Of a DNA stretch of 64,000 nucleotides, positions 9,442-17,214 are shown piece after piece. Under the pieces are notes generated by a model. The model ran no database searches. It saw only the letters and a list, made by a program, of their open reading frames with translations, and was not told where the DNA came from. This DNA is from an uncultured virus (IMG/VR IMGVR_UViG_3300025000_000008) (taxonomy: Duplodnaviria; Heunggongvirae; Uroviricota; Caudoviricetes), in IMG/VR virus record IMGVR_UViG_3300025000_000008; one strand, written 5' to 3'. Each line of letters starts with the position of its first letter. Within the stretch, counting starts at the first letter, position 1. Made by a program: the position numbers and the translations under genes.

Positions 9442-9972
9442 ATGAATACAACACAAAGAGAATTAAAAAGAATATTCAGATACGATAAAGAAACCGGCTT
9501 TTTCACCAGGAAGAAAAATACTAGCAGCCGGGGTATTGCTGGTATAGTTGCCGGTTCAAAAACAAAAGCTGGATATATTGAGATATATATCAATGGGGAA
9601 AGATGCTTGGCGCATAGAGTAGCATTTCTATATGTTCTTGGTTATCTCCCTGAAAACCACATTGACCATATAAATAGAAAAAGGGATGACAATCGTTGGG
9701 AAAATTTAAGAGAGGTATCTGTCTCATGTAATATGAGAAATTGTAAACTTAGCCGAAATAATAAATCAGGAATAACTGGAGTATATTTTAATAAAAAGAT
9801 AGAAAAGTGGATTTCGCAAATTACATTGGAAAATGGTAAAACTAAACACTTAGGTTCTTTTTTACTATTGAAGGATGCGGCGCAGACAAGATATGATGCA
9901 GAAGTTAAATTTGGATATCCTGACTGTGATATTAATTCAACCGCAAAACAATATTTGGATTCTTTTAAATGA
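9442..9972 (+). CDS. HNH homing endonuclease with AP2-like C-terminus
   Basis: AHRVAFLY, IDHINRKRDDNRWENLR, NKSGITGV, KHLGSF. Confidence 0.9.
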   Translation: MNTTQRELKRIFRYDKETGFFTRKKNTSSRGIAGIVAGSKTKAGYIEIYINGERCLAHRVAFLYVLGYLPENHIDHINRKRDDNRWENLREVSVSCNMRNCKLSRNNKSGITGVYFNKKIEKWISQITLENGKTKHLGSFLLLKDAAQTRYDAEVKFGYPDCDINSTAKQYLDSFK

Positions 9973-10448
9973 TCCGCCAGCTTAAACACTCAGAAATCCC
10001 CCAACTCCGGGAAGCCCTGCTTGATGAGCAAGGGGGCATCTGCCCGCTTTGCCGGCGGGAAATAATGCAGGGGGAAGCCTGTCTGGATCATGAACATAAG
10101 CGGCGGATAAAAGGGACCGGTCAGCTTCGGGCCGTCCTTTGCCGCAATTGCAATACCTTCGTTGGCAAGCTCGAAAACAATAGCAGGCGATGTAATATAA
10201 CCCTCAGGCGTTTACCGATGATCCTGCGCCGGGTATCGAAATACCTGCAGGAAGATCATAAGCCGTTTATACACCCAAACGAGAAAGAAAAACCACCGAA
10301 ATTGCAGGTATTGTCGTATAATAAATTAGCCAAGCTATATTCAGGCAAGGCGAAATTCCCAGAGTATCCAAAGACTGGAAAGTTAACGGTAAGGTTAAAA
10401 GCCTTGTTTGAACAATATGGAATTGAACCGAAGTTTTATTCTAAATAA
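9969..10448 (+). CDS. Recombination endonuclease VII (Holliday junction resolvase)
   Basis: QGGICPLC, CLDHEH, G.LRAVLCRNCN. Confidence 0.88.
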   Translation: MIRQLKHSEIPQLREALLDEQGGICPLCRREIMQGEACLDHEHKRRIKGTGQLRAVLCRNCNTFVGKLENNSRRCNITLRRLPMILRRVSKYLQEDHKPFIHPNEKEKPPKLQVLSYNKLAKLYSGKAKFPEYPKTGKLTVRLKALFEQYGIEPKFYSK

Positions 10449-10459
10449 GGAGAGGGAAA

Positions 10460-10675
10460 ATGAAAAAGAAACCACAGTTTAAATTTGAGATAGGCCAAAG
10501 AATTTTTATCCTTGGAAGGACAGGTATATCTGTAATAACCGGTAGAGGCCAAATGAAGTTTGCCTCGGGTGGAAAAATGAATTGGTACTCACTTGAAGGT
10601 GGACATCAAGGTTTTCATTCGGAAGCCTCATTAATTACTACAACAGAAGCAAATATCCTTAATCGCGCAAATTGA
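10460..10675 (+). CDS. Small SH3-like hypothetical protein
   Basis: RBS GGAGAGG; KFEIGQRI...ITGR...Y...SEA.L. Confidence 0.55.
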   Translation: MKKKPQFKFEIGQRIFILGRTGISVITGRGQMKFASGGKMNWYSLEGGHQGFHSEASLITTTEANILNRAN

Positions 10676-10679
10676 ATCA

Positions 10680-10901
10680 ATGACCAAAAGCGAACTCCTC
10701 AAACGGATGTGGATTCCAATCAGTAAGCGAATCCCGCCGCCCGACCAAGACAAATGGGTTCTTATCTGGAACTATAGATGGAAAGAACCAATGGTGCAAA
10801 GCGCCTTTATTGCGAATCTTGGGGCTCAAGCCCTTTTGAATAAAGAAGAAATATCTGAAGACCGAATATACTCACATTGGATCGAAATTATAAAGCCATG
10901 A
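10680..10901 (+). CDS. DUF551-like hypothetical protein
   Basis: WIPISKRIP...VLIW...SHW. Confidence 0.55.
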   Translation: MTKSELLKRMWIPISKRIPPPDQDKWVLIWNYRWKEPMVQSAFIANLGAQALLNKEEISEDRIYSHWIEIIKP

Positions 10902-11938
10902 TCAAATCACTTCGAGTTCAAAACTTTGAGAGCCACGAGGACAATCTCCTTGAATTCTCCCCCGGATTGAATGTTTTTATCGGAGAATCCGACCGAGGGA
11001 AGTCCGGGATCTTCCGGGCATATAAACTCCTGATCCAGAACAAGCCCGGTGGGGACTGGATGTTTCCTTTATTCTGGGATGGCACTTCAATCATTACCGG
11101 GGAATTTATTGAACCAGAGTTTACTGTAAAGAGGATCAAAGGAAAATCTGAAAACTCTTATATCCTCAACGAAGATAACCCAATTAATGCCGGGACTTCC
11201 GTTCCCAATAATATTGCGACTCTTCTAAATCTTGACGATGTAAATCTACAGACTCAGGTCGACCGGGCATTCCTTATGTTTGAAACGGCAGGAGAGCGCG
11301 GCAGGATCTTGAACCGCTTTGCCGGCCTTGATGAAATTGAATCCACCCTGGACAATGCAAAGAAGGATGTTGATAAACTTACCGGCCTTTGGAAAACGGA
11401 AAAAGCAACCCTGAAGACCAAGGAAAAAGAGTTAAAAGAGTTTATTGATATCGAGGAAATGGAGCGGCGGGTATCCTTGATAGATAATATGCAAAAACTC
11501 CTTATTCAATCCGGCTCCCGAGTAAACATCCTGAAGAAACTTAGCGGTAGCATAAAAACGCTTGACGATGCGATTACTGAGAAGGAGGGGTTGCTTGCAG
11601 CCGAATCTATCCTTGAGGATTTAAAAGCCCGTCAGCAGGAAGTTACGGCGGTACAAAAGCGAATTACGAAGCTCCGGGGGCTGGAAAATGACCTTGGCGA
11701 GGTTGAAGGGGATTTGCAGGGCGAAAATTACGAAGATATCGAACCAATCTTCCAGCGGATTAAAGAAGCCTCTGTCGAGCTACGGAAATATGAAGACCGG
11801 GTAAAAAAATTGAAAAGATTATCATCAGCATTTCGTATAATAGAAGCAGATATACAAGTCGCCGAGGATGAGTTGAAAGACCTGCAGGCAAAGATCCCTA
11901 ATATATGCTCAGAATGCGGAGCGGAGTTGAAACGATGA
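10898..11938 (+). CDS. SbcC/Rad50/gp46-like ATPase, N-terminal half ending at the zinc hook
   Basis: IKSLRVQNFESH, Walker A GESDRGKS, Q-loop QTQVD, coiled coil, terminal CSECG. Confidence 0.88.
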   Translation: MIKSLRVQNFESHEDNLLEFSPGLNVFIGESDRGKSGIFRAYKLLIQNKPGGDWMFPLFWDGTSIITGEFIEPEFTVKRIKGKSENSYILNEDNPINAGTSVPNNIATLLNLDDVNLQTQVDRAFLMFETAGERGRILNRFAGLDEIESTLDNAKKDVDKLTGLWKTEKATLKTKEKELKEFIDIEEMERRVSLIDNMQKLLIQSGSRVNILKKLSGSIKTLDDAITEKEGLLAAESILEDLKARQQEVTAVQKRITKLRGLENDLGEVEGDLQGENYEDIEPIFQRIKEASVELRKYEDRVKKLKRLSSAFRIIEADIQVAEDELKDLQAKIPNICSECGAELKR

Positions 11939-12177
11939 TAATAACTAACGATACTTTACTTCAAAGTCAAGCCGTAGTTTTTATGGACGGGAAAGAGGGA
12001 TGGTTTCGCCAAACGCATAAAGTTTATGTCAATGGCGAGGAATCAAAAATTTCTTTTGAAGTCTCCGGAAGCAGAAAAGAAAAGGTAAAAAGGATTTTTT
12101 ATTTCGCCGGAAAGAATTATGATAATATGCAGGATGCTTTTCTCGCCGCCGGTTATTGTTGGGCAAGAACTATATGA
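11935..12177 (+). CDS. Hypothetical protein
   Basis: ATGA overlaps at both ends. Confidence 0.55.
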   Translation: MIITNDTLLQSQAVVFMDGKEGWFRQTHKVYVNGEESKISFEVSGSRKEKVKRIFYFAGKNYDNMQDAFLAAGYCWARTI

Positions 12178-13103
12178 AAAAAGCAACCGCCATCCTGACC
12201 GCCGATATCGAATTGAGGGCCTTTCAGCCGACTTGCCGGATCGATGATCATTGGTCTGCGCAGGAAAGGAAAATAGCCTGGCTCCGGGGATTGGCTGAGA
12301 AGCATGATTGCCCGATTCTTGATGCCGGGGATCTTTTTGATAAACGCTACAAGATTAATCCGAGCCATTGGTTGCTTGGATGGGCTATTCAGAATCTCCC
12401 CCGGCCATTCTATACCATTCCGGGAAATCACGATCTTCCTGGCAAATCAATCGATAATTACCAGAATTCAGCAATGGCGGTTCTTGAGGGGGCGGATGTT
12501 TTATCTTCCGTTTATAACATTTGGGATAAAAGCATTTCAAGACTAGATTTTTATTTAGAGGGATTTGCTTGGGGGCAAGAATTAATGAATGCTCCAGATA
12601 GTTTAAAAAATACTCCAGAATATAAAAAAGTTGCCCTCATACATGCAATGGTATACGAAGAGTTCGAGCCATTCCCCGGATGCGATGGTTATTCCGCCAA
12701 GGAAGTTATGGATCTCCTCCCGGACTTTGATCTTATCGTCACGGGCCATAATCATCAAACATTCACCCGAGAAAAAGGTGGACGAGTTCTGGTCAATCCC
12801 GGCTCCTTGATGCGGAATGATGCTGATCAGTTTGATTTCAAGCCCAGTGTCTTTTTGTGGTATGCGGAAGATAATTCAATCGAGCGGGTATTCGTGCCGA
12901 TTGAGGAAGGGGTAATCGGCCGGGAGCATATCGATATCAAGAAGGAAAAGGAGAATCGGTTAGATGCCTTCGTAGAAAAACTCGGGGAGCAGGTTGTTTC
13001 TGGGATCAATTTCCATGATAACTTAGAGGCGGCTTGTGCGGATGAAGCGGTGGTCGATGGGGTGAAGGATAAAGTCTGGCTTTACTTTGAAGGATTGAGA
13101 TAA
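12174..13103 (+). CDS. SbcD/Mre11/gp47-like metallophosphoesterase nuclease
   Basis: TADIE, AGDLFD, PGNHD, GHNH, NPGSLMR. Confidence 0.92.
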   Translation: MKKATAILTADIELRAFQPTCRIDDHWSAQERKIAWLRGLAEKHDCPILDAGDLFDKRYKINPSHWLLGWAIQNLPRPFYTIPGNHDLPGKSIDNYQNSAMAVLEGADVLSSVYNIWDKSISRLDFYLEGFAWGQELMNAPDSLKNTPEYKKVALIHAMVYEEFEPFPGCDGYSAKEVMDLLPDFDLIVTGHNHQTFTREKGGRVLVNPGSLMRNDADQFDFKPSVFLWYAEDNSIERVFVPIEEGVIGREHIDIKKEKENRLDAFVEKLGEQVVSGINFHDNLEAACADEAVVDGVKDKVWLYFEGLR

Positions 13104-13300
13104 TGCATGATAATTGCAAAATATGCAAACATTTATTGACTTATGTTACAAAACAGAAAAGAAATAAGGTGTCTTTTTGTACTGGTGATGCAGCAGGCCC
13201 ATATATAATTTACGGAGTTCGTGTGGGTTTTCATGAATTTAATACAAAAGATTTTTTCAAATTTAAAAAATGCCTAGGCTTTTCTGATAGGGGGTTTTAA
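13103..13300 (+). CDS. Small Cys-rich hypothetical protein
   Basis: CxxCxH...C...C; coupled. Confidence 0.5.
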   Translation: MHDNCKICKHLLTYVTKQKRNKVSFCTGDAAGPYIIYGVRVGFHEFNTKDFFKFKKCLGFSDRGF

Positions 13301-13531
13301 ATGGAACGAAAAATAGCTGATATGATCAAAAAGGTCGCCAGCCGGAAAACTGAACTGGCTGAACTCCGGGGCGAGCGGACGCAGATCCTCAAGCAGATGC
13401 AGGAAGAGGGATGTGAGACCCAGGAAGATATCGAACGCGAGATATCCAAGGAGGAGCGGAAAATCAAGAAACTCACCGGCGGGATTGAGGCCGATGTTGC
13501 GGCCTTGGAAGCCGATTATGATTGGTCATGA
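13301..13531 (+). CDS. Coiled-coil protein, possible third SbcC segment
   Basis: Heptad pattern throughout; lies between SbcD and the SbcC C-half. Confidence 0.6.
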   Translation: MERKIADMIKKVASRKTELAELRGERTQILKQMQEEGCETQEDIEREISKEERKIKKLTGGIEADVAALEADYDWS

Positions 13532-13534
13532 GTC

Positions 13535-13678
13535 ATGAATAAGTTCGAAAAATTTCTAAATAGATGTGCAAGAAAATATACTGGCCTTCATTTTCTTCTT
13601 ATATTAGTCGGTATTGTTATTATTGCATATTTTGCCCTTATATTTTTGGCCATAAATGGATATATCTATCGGAGCTGA
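13535..13678 (+). CDS. Small membrane protein (47 aa, not in ORF track)
   Basis: ...LHFLLILVGIVIIAYFALIFLAINGY... Confidence 0.5.
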   Translation: MNKFEKFLNRCARKYTGLHFLLILVGIVIIAYFALIFLAINGYIYRS

Positions 13679-13680
13679 TT

Positions 13681-13869
13681 ATGGCAAAGAAACCAACATA
13701 TAGATTGAAAATCCTCAATAAAGAAACGAATACAAGATGCAATGATGCTGGAGCCGCTTGGGTAAATAAGGATGGATCAATCAGCCTCGTTATCAATCCT
13801 GGTATTGTTTTGAAAGAAGACAAGAATCTTGTTTATAATTTGTTTCTTCAAGAGGATAAAGAATCATGA
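13681..13869 (+). CDS. Small beta-sheet protein (DUF736-like, putative ssDNA-binding)
   Basis: RBS GGAG; P.YRL...AGAAW.NKDGSISL.I. Confidence 0.5.
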   Translation: MAKKPTYRLKILNKETNTRCNDAGAAWVNKDGSISLVINPGIVLKEDKNLVYNLFLQEDKES

Positions 13870-14513
13870 ACCTACAACCCTATAAAGATAAAATCCAGCA
13901 GCTCCGAGGCCAGCGAGATAAACTCCAGAAAGAAATCTCCGCCTCTAACCGCGCCAGCCGAGAATACCGCCGTGAACTCCGGAATGCTGAACGGGCGCAA
14001 GTCCTCGTCCAGATTACAGCGCAGCAAACACAGGATCAACTGAAATACCAATTATCGGAACTTCCGAAACTTGCCCTTCAATCCGTCTTTGAAGACCCGT
14101 ACGAATTTGATGTTTCATTCGAGATTAAGCGGTCAAAAGTCGAGGTCGATTTCTGGTTCGTCCGTGATGGCGCCCAGATATGTCCAAAAGATAATACTGG
14201 CCTCGGAGCGGTTGATATTGCCGGCATGGCCCTTCGCCCTGCTCTATGGTCCCTGCGATCCCCTCGTAACCGCGCTTGTATATGGCTTGACGAGCCATTC
14301 AAGCATCTCAAGGGGGCAGAGGCCAATAAGAGGGCTTTGGCGATGTTAAAAGAGATTTGCCGGCCCAGGCCAGAAAGGAATTGGCCTGGCTTGCAAATTA
14401 TTATGATTGCCGATGAACGAGCCAGCCGGGAAGATATTCAAGAGGTTGCCGATAAATTATTCGAATTCAAGATGAAGAATCGGCGAACGATTGTAAAGGA
14501 AATCCCATGTTAA
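13866..14513 (+). CDS. SbcC/Rad50-like ATPase, C-terminal half
   Basis: Coiled coil, ALQSVFE.PYEF, signature-like TGLGAVD, Walker B WLDEPF, GLQIIMI, ADKLF. Confidence 0.82.
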   Translation: MNLQPYKDKIQQLRGQRDKLQKEISASNRASREYRRELRNAERAQVLVQITAQQTQDQLKYQLSELPKLALQSVFEDPYEFDVSFEIKRSKVEVDFWFVRDGAQICPKDNTGLGAVDIAGMALRPALWSLRSPRNRACIWLDEPFKHLKGAEANKRALAMLKEICRPRPERNWPGLQIIMIADERASREDIQEVADKLFEFKMKNRRTIVKEIPC

Positions 14514-14684
14514 TTAATGGGGATGCTCTTCTTCCTCTTTTACAATTCTAAGGCATCGACGGATTGTCCTGGCCTCAATAGTTGCTTCAAATCCTGCTGG
14601 CGTTATAATCTTCCCGGAAGCATCTTTCAAGGGGATCTTCTCGGTGTCAGCAAGATATTGCTCTAAACGATTGGTTATATTCAT
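14514..14684 (-). CDS. Hypothetical protein (56 aa, not in ORF track), last gene of the late arm
   Basis: MNITNRLEQYLADTEK...; stop abuts the convergent SbcC stop. Confidence 0.5.
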   Translation of the reverse strand: MNITNRLEQYLADTEKIPLKDASGKIITPAGFEATIEARTIRRCLRIVKEEEEHPH

Positions 14685-14693
14685 TGAGATATC

Positions 14694-15143
14694 TTATTCC
14701 CGGGTCTTCCGTATTTCGCCAATGATTGTTTGGACGTTTGTTTCCTGTGACTCTTTAATATCCCTGATATCTATCTCAATGCGTTCGATCCTTCCTTCTA
14801 CTACCCCGAATCTTGCATTACCGGCCAGCAGCTTTTCGGTCACCACATCCCGGCAATGCCCTTGTTCCCCTTTGCAGGCCGAAACGGTGATATACCTCGG
14901 ATTGCCATCAACGATAAATGATGCGGCCAAAGTCTTCATTGCTTCTTCAAGGCTATCAAGTTTTTTATCATGCTGTTCGAGCTTTACGGTCGTTCCTTCA
15001 AGACCCTTCAATTGCACAATGGCGGTATCAATTTTCTGATCGCGCTTCCCTTTGCCGATCAGGGATGTTGCTACCCCACCAAGAAAACTCAACCCCCCAA
15101 TAAGTACCCCGACCACCGCCGCTCCATTAACTTCTGGTGCCAT
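14694..15143 (-). CDS. Membrane-anchored coiled-coil protein (lysis region, holin/spanin-like)
   Basis: One TM (AAVVGVLIGGLSFLGGVATSLI) then coiled coil; start could be 15218. Confidence 0.5.
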   Translation of the reverse strand: MAPEVNGAAVVGVLIGGLSFLGGVATSLIGKGKRDQKIDTAIVQLKGLEGTTVKLEQHDKKLDSLEEAMKTLAASFIVDGNPRYITVSACKGEQGHCRDVVTEKLLAGNARFGVVEGRIERIEIDIRDIKESQETNVQTIIGEIRKTRE

Positions 15144-15248
15144 TATCTTCAACCTTTCCGGCATCCAGCCGGGGAATATATTCTCAGCAGGAATACCCGC
15201 AGGCCGGGCAGACTCCATTGATTAAACGATTGCTGCAGTCAGGACAAA

Positions 15249-15506
15249 TCATTTTGGTTTACTCCCGAGCTTTCTGGAAGTGATTATGGCACGGTGATTA
15301 TTAAAAAGAATCCATGCTGCAGCGATTACACCCGAAACATAGATGATAACTTCATTCGGGACATTCGGGATCTTAACTCCCGCAGCAACAAGGGCTGGGA
15401 TAAGCACAGCCAGAAAGGCTGCTATCTTATTCTGCAGGATTGTCTGTTCTTTTACTTTCGTCGGATTATCTACAATTTCGCCAAATTCCGTGGGATCATT
15501 TGCCAT
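15249..15506 (-). CDS. Putative holin (2 TM, basic C-terminus)
   Basis: IAAFLAVLIPALVAAGV and VIIYVSGVIAAAWILF; ends TSRKLGSKPK; RBS AAGGAGG. Confidence 0.6.
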   Translation of the reverse strand: MANDPTEFGEIVDNPTKVKEQTILQNKIAAFLAVLIPALVAAGVKIPNVPNEVIIYVSGVIAAAWILFNNHRAIITSRKLGSKPK

Positions 15507-15795
15507 TCTTTGCCTCCTTGGGTTTGCATTTAAATCCATCATAAAAGTGTCGAAAACATTCGCATTTGCCTTCTTCTAAAATCCATCCTTTCCTGGCAAT
15601 AAAACACCAACTATCAAGACATCTCGGACACTCCATATCGAGTACGTATTCACAACCATCTTTTCGGAAAATGGTTTCAAGATTATCATACTCGATATGG
15701 CGCATAATAGTCTCCTCGGATGCCGGTTTATGCATTCCACATATGGGGCAATGCGATTCCGTATATTTGCGGCCGCTATGCCAACAGGTTATCAC
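15496..15795 (-). CDS. Cys-rich hypothetical protein
   Basis: CPIC, CPRC, CEC. Confidence 0.5.
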   Translation of the reverse strand: MITCWHSGRKYTESHCPICGMHKPASEETIMRHIEYDNLETIFRKDGCEYVLDMECPRCLDSWCFIARKGWILEEGKCECFRHFYDGFKCKPKEAKNGK

Positions 15796-16578
15796 TTACC
15801 ACTCCATCTTTACGGTCTTGCTCTTGTTTCCGTATGGAGCATGCAGATAGATCCCGCCATGAGCCGTGCCGATATTCGTCTCGCCTTCACCGTTCGGCAC
15901 CCCATTACCCGGCTTGAAAACAAAGCCATCTTTCTCAGCGGAAGAATCTCTATTACAGGTATCTTCCCGATCCCGACAGTTTCGAGCAGTAGACTTGACA
16001 ATGAACGTCTGGCCATTAGAGAAGGTGAATTTCACCGGACCGGGTCCAAGAGAGTCACCCCTCTTTGGTATCCGCCAGGTCATCCTGCCTCCGTTGCGCT
16101 CCCCGTAGCTCGTATATTCTGCGCTATTTTTGTAACTGCCGGTGGGATTGGTCGGGCTAGAAGATCCAGAAGTAGCAGCATATACCCCGCCGTCAACCGT
16201 CTTGATAATGAACTTCAGCGGGCGAGAATACTTGTCGCCGGATTTGGTCAAAAGGAAGACAGAAGCACCTTTATAGGAGACCCCTTTTCGTGCAACCTCT
16301 CCATTGACCGAGACATAGTTGACCCAGTTATCAGGGCTCGCCCGGAATAGGATGGCCGCAGCACCATTGCCTTGGTCCGAGTCTTTTTCAAACGTAATGG
16401 TATGCGGAAATGCTTTTGTGGTGCTCGGTGGAGGTTTAACCGGATCAACCGGGCCGACTGGGTAATATTGATCACAAAGGGCCAGGCATTGCCCCCGGGT
16501 TGCGGGCAGATCAATTGCCTGAGCTTGGCTGAGTGTAAAAGCAAGGAGCAGGGTGAGTAAACTTGTGAGCGTCTTCAT
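15796..16578 (-). CDS. Secreted protein with signal peptide
   Basis: MKTLTSLLTLLLAFTLSQAQA|ID; Cys pairs; Pro linker. Confidence 0.75.
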   Translation of the reverse strand: MKTLTSLLTLLLAFTLSQAQAIDLPATRGQCLALCDQYYPVGPVDPVKPPPSTTKAFPHTITFEKDSDQGNGAAAILFRASPDNWVNYVSVNGEVARKGVSYKGASVFLLTKSGDKYSRPLKFIIKTVDGGVYAATSGSSSPTNPTGSYKNSAEYTSYGERNGGRMTWRIPKRGDSLGPGPVKFTFSNGQTFIVKSTARNCRDREDTCNRDSSAEKDGFVFKPGNGVPNGEGETNIGTAHGGIYLHAPYGNKSKTVKMEW

Positions 16579-16579
16579 T

Positions 16580-17032
16580 TTAATCCTCTTCAACTATCGG
16601 ATTGTCCTCGGGGATATCATCAACATTGTCAACCTCATCGACTACACCGAGTTCTTCCTCAACTATCGGTGTAGGCTCAGGTTTCACTGGCTCAGGATTA
16701 ACTACAGAGTTGTCAGAATTATCAATTTTTACTGGTTTGAGAACGTTCGGGGTTATCCGATCAAGCAAACTACCTGCAGCGCCGACGGAGCCGTCTCCAA
16801 CCGGAATCGTTGCGTTTTGCTCTCCGTCAAGTTCCCCCTTGCTGTCAGCCGCGGCAATAAGTGTTCCATTACCTTCATTATGATTCTCGACATCAACAAT
16901 ATAGAACGTCCCGCACCCGCCGAGAGAGATAAGGGCCAGGATTATAACCAGCCCCCACAGACAAAAGCCGATCAGTTTTGTCCAGTCCATATTACCAGTC
17001 GAACATCGAAAAAATCCACTACTTGCATTCAT
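16580..17032 (-). CDS. Lipoprotein (o-spanin-like or surface protein)
   Basis: Hydrophobic stretch then lipobox LGGC; acidic Pro-rich tail. Confidence 0.65.
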   Translation of the reverse strand: MNASSGFFRCSTGNMDWTKLIGFCLWGLVIILALISLGGCGTFYIVDVENHNEGNGTLIAAADSKGELDGEQNATIPVGDGSVGAAGSLLDRITPNVLKPVKIDNSDNSVVNPEPVKPEPTPIVEEELGVVDEVDNVDDIPEDNPIVEED

Positions 17033-17040
17033 GCTTCACC

Positions 17041-17214
17041 TCATTGGTTAGGGTTTGATTTATACAACTCCTGATAACGTTCTGCCGATTGTAACATTAC
17101 CGCGGCGGAAACTTTTTTCGGTCCGCAGCATTGCTCCATAAAAAAGACATATCCACCGAAAACAAAAAAGATAAGGAAGGATATAATCGCAATTGTTTTG
17201 ACCTTGTCTTTCAT
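17041..17214 (-). CDS. Small membrane protein (57 aa, not in ORF track)
   Basis: MKDKVKTIAIISFLIFFVFGGYVFF...; ATGA overlap. Confidence 0.55.
   Translation of the reverse strand: MKDKVKTIAIISFLIFFVFGGYVFFMEQCCGPKKVSAAVMLQSAERYQELYKSNPNQ

Noticed and set aside
13564..13680. ORF-track N-terminus of 13564-13869
   Set aside because: A better reading is a membrane ORF at 13535-13678 in another frame plus a start at 13681 with RBS GGAG.
15697..17074. Long + strand ORFs (217 aa and 173 aa) opposite late genes
   Set aside because: Antisense shadows with no RBS or recognisable features.
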